Source: Salpingoeca rosetta
Lineage: Eukaryota; Protista; Choanoflagellata
Assembly (NCBI GenBank): GCA_033442325.1
Contig: JAWQFM010000008.1
Location: 62,001 to 126,000, forward strand
Reading direction: 5' to 3'
DNA length: 64,000 nt
Shown here: piece by piece, positions 1 through 12,146 of the stretch
Layout of the letters: every line of letters starts with the position of its first letter
Numbering within the stretch: position 1 is the stretch's first letter
Position numbers and translations under genes: made by a program
The notes under the pieces: model-generated
The model's database searches: none
Told to the model about the DNA's origin: nothing
What the model saw: only the letters and a program-made list of their open reading frames with translations

Positions 1-55
1 GCGGCGTTGTGTTCTGTTTGGCTGCACTTTTCCCAATACGCAAACAACAACAAGC

Positions 56-3000
56 ATGCGTGGCGGGGTTGTCCGTGTGGCGTTGACGCTGGTGCTCCTG
101 CTGGTGGTGCTGAGCATGCCAAGCAGTGGCCAGGCCAACGTGCAGCAAACGCCGACGCAGCAAGGTGTGTCTGTGTGTCTGTGTGTCTGTGTGTCTGTGT
201 GTGTGTGGCATGTTCTCACACTGCCTTACACTATTTCACGTGCTGCTTCGCACGCTGTCCCCCATACTGCCTCACACACTGCCTCGCGCAATCGTACTGT
301 GCCGTCGATGAAGGCCCGAGCCGTGTTCCTGACCTGCGCAAGTACAACCAGCCAACGAAGCAGGGGCGTCGCGTCTACGACCACTTTGTGGTCAAGGTGA
401 GCGGGCCTGTACTGCTTCCTTATGCCAGACACAGTTCATGTCTGGCCGATCTTCAATAGTTGTGGCACTGCTGTAGTGCCGCCTTCATCTCACGCCAGTC
501 TTGCCTGCAACCTTGACCGACGGGGTCTGTCTGCGATACAACAGGGGGCCGGCGGCCAGCACACGGAGCTTCGCTACGATATGACCTATGCTGAGGACGT
601 TGTGCCACTGTCAGACTTTGTGGATGAGCATGCCGCCTTCCAGGTCACCACCGTGCTTTGCACCTCTGAATCCATCGTCCTTGGCGTCTCGGACATCGAG
701 GCTGGTAAGTGTGTTGTGTTTGCACATGCTTGTGTGTCTGTCTGTCTGTAAATATATGTGTCTGTCTGTGTTTGTACATGCTTGTGTGTCTGTCTGTCTG
801 TGAATATATGTGTCTGTCTGTGTTTGCGTCTGTCTGCCTGCCTGTGTGTCTGTGTACATGGGTACACATGTGTGTGGAATGTACACGCCTCGATTTGCAT
901 CCGTGTGTTCTGCAGCAAAACCTGTCCTTGTGTGCATGTGGCATGCTTGCATTAGCGTCACCTCTAACCCCACCCCCACCCCCTTCTCGTATGCTTGCCC
1001 TTTTCTCTCACTGCAGCGCGGAACTTCATTGCGCCCGAGCGCGTGCTGTTCCCGGGCGAGTCCTTCAAGTGCAGCGGCCCTTCCAACGAGCACACCGCCG
1101 CATATGTGGAGGAGGTGGCTGTTTCCGAGGGCAAGCTTGTGCTCTCCGTGGAGTGGGAGCACTTTATGACCGCCTTTGATGAGATTGACATTGAACTGCA
1201 CCATCGCCCGGAGGGACACGCCAACAGCTCGGTACAAGACCCGCATTGACGTGGTACATGTTTGCCATACGCTGCGCAATTCCCGTCACCATGATATTTT
1301 TCACTAATGTTTCCACATCACGCCCATGTGACGTTTGCACAGATGGCCCAAGGCTCCGGCCCACGCGGTACGCTCCCCTTTCTGCGATCACTTCTGTATC
1401 ATCGTCTATTTCTCATCAAACCAGGCTGATTAAGCCCATGCACCAGCAAGGCTTGATACACAAACGGCTGAACAAACACGAGCACACACACTTACCCACA
1501 CCCGCATACACACACTCGCCCATACACACACAAACGCACACTCACACTGACACACACCCATACACATACACACCCATGCACACAATCCATGCACATCCTG
1601 TTTTTGCTTGTGCTCTCCCGTGTGTCCGCATCAGCTCCGCGCATGCGCCGTGAGACCGTGCAGGGGTGCACGTGCACCGACGACTGCGGGGTGGATGTCG
1701 ACATTGGACTGTTCGATCAGGACATCTCCAGCTGGTGCCACACCGCAGACAACTGCGCCGACGGCCGGGACTACTGCACAGCGGAGCTCTCGGCCAACGC
1801 CGACGTTGTCTCGGTGCGCTTCCTGCCTCGCCTTGTTCTCTTGGTGTCGGCGTGTGTGCTCGTGTTCGCTTCGACCCAGGTGCACAGTCGTGTCATCGCC
1901 ACTTGCCATGTCCATGCGAACTGCGTTGATGTGCTCTCATCTATATGCCTGCCGGTGTGCGGTTGCTTTCGTGGCAGTGGAACTACGCTGGTGGTGGTAA
2001 TGCAGAGCAAGCAAGTTATGAGCTGTACAGCGAAGGTACGGCGTAGACATACACAAACACGCACGCACGCCCATACATGCATGCACATACACAAAAAACA
2101 GACGTATATTTGCTGCTGCCTTAGTGTTTGTGTCGCTGCAAGCGTGCACCACCCCACTCAAACCCGCTTCCACCTCCACTCAAAACTGCTTCCACTCCCA
2201 CTCAAACCCCTCCCCCCCCCCCCCTTTTTTGCTGCACCAGGTGGTGTGACCATCAGCTGCGAGGACTGCTATGCAACGCTCAACGCGGGCGTGACGTTCC
2301 GCTTCCACGCGACCGGCGGCCTCAGCGTTGATCTCATGGAGCTGACGGCAACAGCAACCGCGGCTGCACAGGCCACGCTCCAGGCGCAGTTCCAGGCACA
2401 GGCCTCGTTTGAGTTTGAGACGCCGCCGCTGCTTGGCGAGAATGGTGTTCCTGGCCCAACATTCATCATCCCCGTCATCACCATCCCCCTGCAGACCAGC
2501 ATCAAGTTCGTTCAGGGCAAGCCGTGCCCAGTGATGATATGGCTGGTTGTCCTCGCATGCGTCTGTATTGTTGCACACGCAACCACGCCCGCCTGCGCTC
2601 AACAGCTCCTTGAACACCATCACGTGTAACCCACCCACTGCGCACCACATGCAATGTAACCCCACCACGCCGCATGTGCCATCTCTTTTCTCTAGCTTCC
2701 GGGCAATGCTTGAGATGCAAGCCACGGCCACTGTCACCGTCTCTGCCGGCATTTCGTACGAGCGCTCCATCACAGGCGGCGTCGCATACACAGATGGTAA
2801 GTGTGTGTGTGTGTCTGTGTGTGTCTGTGTCTGTGTCTATGTGATGTGTGTGTCGTTTCAACGCAGTTCCTTACATGTGACCTTATTGCCGCACCATCAT
2901 GGGCTCATCTGATCTCAATGCCACATAACCCCCCCCCCCGGCGGCAGGCGACTTCAGCGGCATCCGTGAAGTTGGTGGCAGCGGCCTGGAGACGCACGGC

Positions 3001-3303
3001 CCAACCTTCGACGCAGGCGTGCACGCAACAGCGGTCCTACGCCTCATCCCGCAGGTGCACAAGCAGTGCGAAGGGCGAGGTTTGCACGTGTGATATGAGT
3101 CAATTGTCTTCCAACACTGCTACTGCTTGGGGTGGCCGTCTGTAAGATGCTGACGTGGTTCTCACTTGACCCCTGTGTTGCTTGCGCTATCGCTTCGTCT
3201 TGCGCGTAGATTCGTCTGTTCATCACTGAGGCACTTCCACTCTCCCTCACCGTCAGCGTAAGTCGCCACATTGCCAAATGCTGGCTGGCATGTGCACACG
3301 CAT

Positions 3304-3356
<53 letters not shown>

Positions 3357-4607
3357 GCGCGCGTGCTCAATCAATTTCCCACAACGGTCGCCCTGCTGCA
3401 TTCACCTTGCCGTTTCACATGTGTGCAGCTTCAGCCGTATGTGGGCGCAGAGGGCGACATCAACCTGCAGAAGCTTGTTGCTGAGGCATTCTGGGGTGAG
3501 TCGTGCCTGCAAGCATGCTTCGTGCTTGCATGCATTTCCCTTTTCGCCCATTGCAAAACTGGACACATCATCCAGTGACTTGCATTCAGACGACTGCACC
3601 CACAACTCACACACACGCACGCACACACACACACACCGCTGCACCACCAGGTCTTGACCTTGGCCTTGCGACAGAGGCGATTGAGTTTGGACCGCTGACG
3701 ATTGTTGATGCGTGGGAGGACGCCTTTGCCCTCATTGAGCGCAAGACCATCGGCACCTTCAGGCGCGAATTCAACCGTCGCCGCGACTACGGTGGGTGTC
3801 AGCACGTGCCGTGTTTCAAACGCGGAGGCAAGCGGATCGCGGTGGCGATGTTGGCGATGCCGCCTGCCATGGAGTCACCATGCGGCTGATGTGCGTATTT
3901 GGGCTGTGGCACAACATCGTTGTTATTCTGTCTGCTGTCAGCCGCTCAGTTTACAAAATAATTTCACACATTCACGCGCATGCATGTGCATGCATGCAAT
4001 GCGACGCTGCTGCTGTTGTAGCCTTTGAGGACACGCCACGCGTGCTGATTGAGGAGTGCAACTTTGAGTGCCCCAGCAACAGCACCTGCATCAGCGAGAA
4101 CGGCGTTGCAGCGTGCTACTGCGACCAAGGATTCGAGGCACATCGTGACATCCAAGAGGCCGACGAGTGCAGACGTTCGTTCACTCCAATGCTCACATGC
4201 TGTCGTCTACAAATGTGCTTTGCAGCGATGCGCCGTTCTTTTTGCGTGTGTCGTTCTCAGTTGCGCTGACGCGGTCTCCCTTGAATTGTGTCCGCACAGC
4301 CACTGAGGAATCGGAGCTGTGCGCGCAAGTGGACTGCCACCTCATTCCAAACGCCGAGTGCCGGTGTGTGTGTGTGTGTGTGTGTTTGTTTGTTGGCTTT
4401 GCTTGTGTTCATTTTCTCATATCTGCGTCCCTCCTCAGCCCACGAGTATGCTCGTCCTTCGCCGCCTCATCCCATCACCACCGCCACTGCAGCCGCGGCA
4501 TGTGCTTCTGCCGCGATGGATACGTCGCCGACATCCGCAACCGCCAGCCCGTCTGCACCAGAGCGGACGGTCTCTCCCCCGAGGACCCCTGCGCCAACGT
4601 TACGTGC

Positions 4608-4704
<97 letters not shown>

Positions 4705-6266
4705 ATGTGTGTGCATGTGTGTGTGCTTTTGTGTGTGCGCGTGTATCTGTGTATCTGTGTATCTGTGTATCTGTGTATCTGTGTACCTTCTGCTCTTCAC
4801 CTCTGCCTGGTGGTCGCTCACCTTCATTCGCTTCCTCACCCCCTCCGCTTGTCTGCATCCCCTGTGCAGGTGTGGCGCCCACAGCACGTGCACGGCCGGC
4901 CAGTGCGTATGTAACGACGGTTTCCATCTTGAGGAATACGAAGACGGCTTCGACTGTACGTCTCTCGTTGTGTTGGGCAATTGTGCACAAATGACGGCTA
5001 CAATGCTTGCGTGGACATGCATGGACACCAGTTGACACGCATCTACACACGAAACTGCCAACGACCTAACCACGCTCACGCACACACTCACACTCACTCA
5101 CTCACTCACTCACTCACTCACTCACTAACTCACTCACTCACTCACTCACTCACACAATGTCTCATCGCATGGGTTGCGTGTCTTTCAGGCGTCCCCACGG
5201 ACCCGTGCAACGGCGTTGTCTGCGGCCTGAGCGCATTCTGCATTCGCGGCATGTGCCACTGCGCGGTGAGAACCGACTGTCGTGGTGATCATGTGCACGC
5301 GTGTGCTGGCATTCTTCATATCGTACCGCTTGTCGCTCCCCCCCCCCCCCCCCCATAGCACATGCTCCAGACATTAGTCCACCATCTCATGCAATGTGTG
5401 TGTGTGTGTGCTTTGTGTGGGGTGCAGGTTGGCTTCATTCTGTCTGACGACGGGTTCAACTGCGCGCCGCACCTGCCGGAATGCGGCTCGATGACCGACG
5501 AGATCATGGACCGCAGCACGTGCTACCCTGGTGCAACCTGCCAGGAGGACTCCCAGTTCCCAGACCGCGTGAGTTGCTGGGTGTAATTTGTGCACACTGT
5601 GAAGTGCCGCACTGTACCTGCAAACACGTGCGCAGCATGAGTGTGAACCTCGGTGTGTACGCTCGCATCGTTCACTCACTCACTCACTCACTCACTCACT
5701 CACTCACTCACTCACTCACTCACTCACTCACTCACTCACTCACTCACTCACTCACTCACTCACTCACTCACACGCACATGTACACGTGTACGAATACAGC
5801 AACACTGCGTGTGTGACGATGATCGGGAGCTGCGCTTCTACGAGGACGGTACCGTGGCCTGCGAGGCTCCAAACCTGTGCTCGCAATTCCCCTGCCCACC
5901 TGGTCACGTGTGCAAGCTGCAGCCCGTCACGCGCCAGCCAGCCTGCGTCCGCGTTGCAGAGCCATGCAAGGTCTGTTGCCTGCATGATATGTGCACTTGC
6001 AAGGGCTCGCATGAGCTGTTGACAGCATGGGCCGTTTGTGTATTTGACCGCTTGCGCCCCTTTCGACGTCACCCCAATCACAACCGCCGCGACCGTCACC
6101 ATCGTCATCCTTGTCGTTATCGCCATTAACCGATCCGCTGTTGCGTTCTTCTGCTCCAGGTTGGAAACGGTGGCTGCGGCGTCAACGCCCATTGCGTTCG
6201 GGACGAGGACGAGGCAGGATGGTCCTGCGAATGCAACCAAGGTGGCCAGCTTCGCATGTCGACACG

Positions 6267-6310
<44 letters not shown>

Positions 6311-7954
6311 CACACACACATGCACGCACATGCACACACACACGTGCACACGCACACACATACGCGCACAACCTCACAAACAACACTCTGGTCGACTCGC
6401 CATGACACCCCCCCCCCTTCCCTCTGCCTGCCAACTGCAGGTCACTACGGCAACCCGTTCCGCGAGTGTGTGCTGCGCAACCCCTGCCAGGTGGACGCCA
6501 GTGGCGGGTGCAGCATCCACGCAGACTGCAGCGTCGATGAGAACAGTGCGTTGCCAATCCCGGCCTGCAACGCCCTCTTACGCCTCCTGCGCCTTGATTG
6601 CCATGCTGTTGTTTCATGTGCCACGAACACACGCACGCATGCACACATGCACACTTGCACACACCCTTTGTCATGCGCATATTTGTTGGTTGCGTGCATG
6701 TCGTGTTCACCATGGTGTTCACCAACCTGCCACATCCCCCACGCCACATCCCTATGCAACCGTACTCCCCTGCAGACGAGCGTATGTGCATGTGCAAGGA
6801 AGGATACACCGGTGATGGCTACACGTGCAAGTTCAGCGCATGCGAGCGCGACGATGCCCCCGTGTGCCATGAGAAGGGCATGTGTGTGGCCGCCAACCAA
6901 CGAGGCCAGGTAACTAATTAGATCGCGTTTGTACGTGTGTGTGTGTGTGTGTGTGTGTGTGTCTGTCTGTCTGACTGTCTGTCTCTGTCTCTGTCTCTGT
7001 CTGTCTGTCTGTCTGTCTGTATGTGCCTGCTGCCTTGCATGTGCCGATGGCTTGTCATCATCCATTGTTGGTCCCACATCCTTTGTCACACGACCGCCAC
7101 GACCCGAATTCCACACACCTCCCCCCCCCCCCACACACACACACACCAAACACACAGGCCAAGTGTGTGTGCAAGTCTGGGTACTTTGGCAACGGCACGC
7201 ACTGCTTCAGTGCCGACCCCTGCGCGGAGAACGGACCTTGCGATCCAAGCTCAAGTGAGTGCTGATATTGATTGGGTGAAGACATGTGCTTCCTTACCTT
7301 GCACTGCGAATGTGCATTGAACCACCATGCTGATGCGTCCTCTGTGTAATTTTTGTGCAATCGCTGCCGGTGTTGCTTGCAGGCATTTGTATCATCGACA
7401 ACGAGCAGCCCATGTGTGCGTGTGCGCCTGGCCATGTGCTGAGCGAGAACGGCACAGCGTGTGTGGAGGCGCCTGCGTGCAACGCCGCCGCCTTTAGCCT
7501 CAAGTGCTCCACCAATGCAGACTGCGTTGTGGTCAACGAAACAGCGGTGGGCTTACGCTGTGATTGCGCGTTTTTGATGCATTGTTTGTTTGTTTGTTCC
7601 TGTTCGGTTTGTGACACTGTGCTGCATTGGGACTGTTGCAACTCATGCACACGCACACAACACACATACCCATACGCACACTTGTTCTCACACATACACG
7701 TACACGTATACTTACACACACGCGCGTGCAGTCATGCCGGTGCAAAGCCGGTTACCGTGACGTTGGCAGAGAAAGCGACCCCGAAGGTGGTGATACTTGG
7801 AACCCATGCTCCCGCCCACATGTCTTCTTGTGATTGCTAAACTCTGCACCATCCCTTGTATCTGTTACATGCACGCACAGACACACACGCAGAGAGAGAG
7901 AGAGAGACGCAAACACACACACACACTCTCATTCACTCTCGGCATACACGCACG

Positions 7955-8038
<84 letters not shown>

Positions 8039-9176
8039 CTACCGGTGCCAGCGCGTGGACCCGTGTGTGGAGCACTCCGATGACCTCTGCCCCGGCGACT
8101 ACATGGTCTGCGCCAACAACAAGCCCGGCCGGTACAGGTGCCGCTGCCAGCCAGGATTTGAGCTCACCAACGACTACGAGTGCGCTGAGATCAACCCGTG
8201 CGAGTCGGGCCACCGCTCGGGCTGCGACAAGGATGCGGTGTGCAACCACACGGGTCCCGGCACACACACATGCACGTGCCTTGATGGCTTCACTGGCGAT
8301 GGCTTCACATGCACTCCGCTCAACCCCTGCGAGGATGGCGCCAGCCCCTGCGAAGCGGAGACGGAGGTGTGCCAGTACCTCGGGCCCAACCGTCACCGGT
8401 GCGTGTGCCAGGACGGCTACGCCCGCGACGAGGAGACGGGCATGTGCGCTCCCCGCAACATGTGCGCCGTGCTGCAGGGCGGCTGCCCGGCCAACTCCTA
8501 CTGCCACATGGATGCCGTGAATGCCTTCAGCTGCGTGTGCGAGTTTGGGTTCTACCCGACGGGGACCTCCCTCTTCCAGACGGGCATCCGTGCGCTGTCG
8601 TCGTGCCAGTCTGCACGCGTGGACATTGTCACCACCCGCCGCGGCCTCACCGCCACAGAGGCGTCTGCCCTGGTGCGCGATGCACTGCAGCAGTTCCCAG
8701 AGGCGCGCGGTGTTGTCCTCGCCAACGTGACGGCGGAGGAGACGGACGCCATTCGCGGATTGTTCCGCACGACCATCGTGGTTGAGCACATGGACACCCA
8801 GCAGGGCGAGCCTGTTGCCCTGCGCCCAATGCTCGTCGCCGATGCGCTCAACGCCACCTTCATCGCAGAGGATGGCACCCGTGCTGCCGTCGACCCGCAG
8901 GAGATGCGCACGTCCCCCGTGTTCCAGGGCGCGTTTGTGGCGTACTTCAGCCCTTACTCCGCCCAGAGCATCGACGCCGTTCGCTTTGAGGCGGCCACTC
9001 AGTCGTCCGCAAACGGCCTCAGCGGTGGCGCTATTGCCGGTGCGGTGATTGGCAGCGTGTTCGCCGTGGCCATCGTCGCTGCGGTGACGATTGCCGTTGT
9101 GCGTCGTGGCGGCCTGCGCAAGGTTGATGTCTTCAGCCACGGCCCCCGCACCACAACGACATCCAGCGACGTGTGA
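56..9176 (+). CDS. Multi-exon type I membrane protein: signal peptide, DUF7029/DUF7223-like N-terminal region, ~15 EGF-like repeats, juxtamembrane alpha/beta domain, TM helix, short tail ending SSDV
   Basis: ATG at 56 starts a signal peptide (MRGGVVRVALTLVLLLVVLSMPSSG). About 20 GT-AG exons join in frame, e.g. 314-397, 545-703, from 1017, from 2241, from 4023, and a terminal exon 8038-9176. EGF motifs include NPCESGHRSGCDKDAVCNHTGPGTHTCTCLDGFTGDGFTC. TM segment GLSGGAIAGAVIGSVFAVAIVAAVTIAVV is followed by RR. Stop TGA at 9174-9176. Internal exon boundaries are partly approximate. Confidence 0.85.
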
Positions 9177-9515
9177 ATGTGTGTGAAGGTGTGTAAAGGT
9201 GTGTAAAGGTGTGTAAAGTTGTCTGTGTTTGCGTCTGTGTGTCTGTGTTGTTTGTGTGACATTACAGTTTCTTTCATTGCCTTTCATTGACTGTGTGTTG
9301 CCCCTTCACAACCTGCTCGCCTTGCTTCTTCTTCCCCTCTGCCTTCTCCCCCTCTTGTTTTCCTACTTGTTCTACTTCTTCGCTTGTCCTGGCTCGCTCG
9401 GTCTGCATCCTGTCATCGCTTGCTTGTGTTGCTCGTCCTCTTGTCTGGTGCTCTGTGTCAAACATACACACACAAAACCTGAAGCAACAAGAAGAGAGAG
9501 AGAAGCAAGAAAAAG

Positions 9516-12094
9516 ATGACGGAGATGGAAGATGATGAGCGAGAACAGGAGCTCACTGAACATCTTGGTATGTACGTGGGGTGAGTGGCTTGATGGTGTG
9601 ATTGGCTCACACTGATGGCCCACAGCTCACATGCACCCTGTGTGTGTGTGTGTCTGTGTCTGTGTCTGTGTCTGTGTCTGTGTCTGTGTCTGTGTCTGTG
9701 TGTCTGTGTCTGTGTCTGTGTGTCTGTGTCTGTGTGTGTCTGTGTGTGTCTGTGTCTGTGTCTGTGTGTGTCTGTGTGTGTCTGTGTCTGTGTCTGTGTG
9801 TGTCTGTGTGTGTCTGTGTGCCTCTCTCTCCATGTGCGCCTCTCTCTCCATGTGCGCCTCTCTCTCCATGTGCGCCTCTCTCTCCATGTGCGCTTCTCTC
9901 TCCATGTGCGCCTCTCTCTCTCTCTCCATATGCGCCTCTCTCTCTCCATGTGCGCCTCTCTCTCTCTCTCTCCATGTGCGCCTCCGAATGTCAACGTTTG
10001 TCTCTCTATGACCGCCTGTACTGGGCAGAGACGTTGGAGCAGCTGGAGCGCGTGGAAGATGAGCTGGCCAGTGCACAAGTCACCAATGACGCGCTGACGC
10101 GCGCGCTGTCCAAGCAGGTGCGCCCTCAGCGGTTCCACATGCACATGTGGCTGCTGGTTTGCTTGAATGTAACGTGCAATGCAGCTTCATGTTGGCATGC
10201 CCACGCAGTGGCAAGGAGTGCACACATGTGCATGAGCACCAGTTGACTCGCATCCTACCATGTACACGCACGTGTAATTGCAGGTTGCACGATGTAAGAG
10301 AAGTGAGACCCACATGAAGGAACTGCAAGCAGCTTTATCGTCGCTCCAACAAGGTGTGCATGTGTGTGTGCATGTGTGTGCCTGGATGAGCCGTCGTATA
10401 TGTTTCTGACTCAACTCTCCGCCTCCCTCCCTCTGTCTCACACTCCAGTCTAACCCCTAACCCCGTTCTAGAGCATGAGAGTGAAGTGGCAGGCATTCGA
10501 GAACACATGCATCGGCAGGCCGAATCCCTGCGCCAGGAGCGAGCCTTGGCCGAGGCCAGATGGCAGCAAGAGAACGAAAGTACGTGATCTGTGGTCCTGC
10601 CTGACAATCCCCAACTGGCTGACACCCGCTATTCATGCACACGGTTTCCAGCCTACGACAATCATCGCTGCCCTCCATCACAAGCTGCACATGCACTCTC
10701 ACTGCACCACTCATTCGCTCCCCTGCCCCTTTCACTTTTCAACTGCCAGTGCTTCGACAACGCTGCGCGCGACTGGAACGCGAATATGAATCCGTCGTCT
10801 GGAAGGCGGAACACGTGCGTACGCGTGACCCTGTATGCGTGTGTGTCTGTGTCTGTGTCTGTGTCTGTGTCTGTGTGTGTGTCTGTGTATCTGTGTGTCT
10901 GTGTGTCTGTGTGTGTGTTTGTCTGTGGGTCTGCCTGTCTGCCTGTCTGCCTGTGTCTACTTGTTGTTTGTGCATCTTTGTATCCACACGTAGATGCGCC
11001 TGTGTTTGTGTGACTCAACTGTTCACACGTGCACCCATGCGACCTCGTTTGCAGGAAGCCGTCATGCAACAGCTAGGGCTGGACGAGACCTTTGAGCGCC
11101 TGATACATGCCACCTCCACACCGGAATGCAAAGGTGTGCAGCTAATGCAATGAGAGAAGCAAACGCCAGCACACACGCACACACACACGCACGCACACAC
11201 ACACACGCACACACACACACGCACGCACACACACACACACGCACACAAACACGCACGCACGCATGTGCACTGGCTTGTTTCAACCAACTCTCCCAATCCC
11301 AACCCTCAAACCTTCCCACTTGCACACCTTCACCACACCACCGCCACCACCATGACGACGACGACGACAGCTGCGGCCCGGCGGTTGTCGTCGCTGGTGC
11401 ACCATCGCAACGCGTCATCGGAGCAGCAGCGCTGGTTCGCCGCCAGCGCCTGGGCAGAGCGGCTCATCAGGTGTTGCTGCAGTGGCGATGTGGTGGTGAT
11501 GGTGGTGGTGGTGGTGGTGGTGGTGGTGGTGGTGGTGGTGGTGGTGGTGGTGGTGGTGGTGGTGGTGGTGGTTGGGATTGGTGAAGCGGTACGAGGGGTT
11601 ACCTTGTTCGGTGCTTTTGGTTGATCATGGTGCAACTGGCTCGCCATCGGCTGCGTGCCGTTGCCCGCCTGCGACGACCCACCGACTGAACACGCCTTGG
11701 GTCGGTGTGTGCTGCAACATTCAGAGTGCTGGAACACACACGTGGGAGTCCACACGCCGTTCGAGCAGCAGCAGAACTCTGCAGGTACCTGCTGCACACG
11801 CGCGCGTGTACTCAAACACACACGCACGCAGCCACGCCCATTTGCACGCATGCTTGCACGCAGATACAATCACGCACATTCATACACGCTTCTGCTTCCT
11901 CTCTCAACGTTTAATCCACGTGTTCTTTCTCTCCCCTCCACCACGCTCACTCAAATGCCCACGACAATCGCCTCTCACCACGTGTTTGTGGTGTGATATG
12001 GTACTCAGCATTCCTGCGTTTGGCGTTCGGATGGCACAAACAGCGCTCTTCTCGTGCTTGCACGACGTGCTGCTGTTGCACTCCAACGAAGGCC

Positions 12095-12146
<52 letters not shown>

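Noticed and set aside
2500-2525. Apparent GC-AG intron donor (cagg|gcaag)
   Set aside because: A canonical GT donor (aa|gttcgt) just upstream gives the correct phase with the next exon.
56-9176. Notch, Delta or Crumbs ortholog
   Set aside because: No DSL, LNR, ankyrin or laminin-G domains are seen, and the tail lacks the Crumbs ERLI motif.
9980-10030. Apparent non-AG acceptor before ECQRLSL
   Set aside because: A canonical gcag| acceptor at about 10028 restores the frame (E-TLEQLER).
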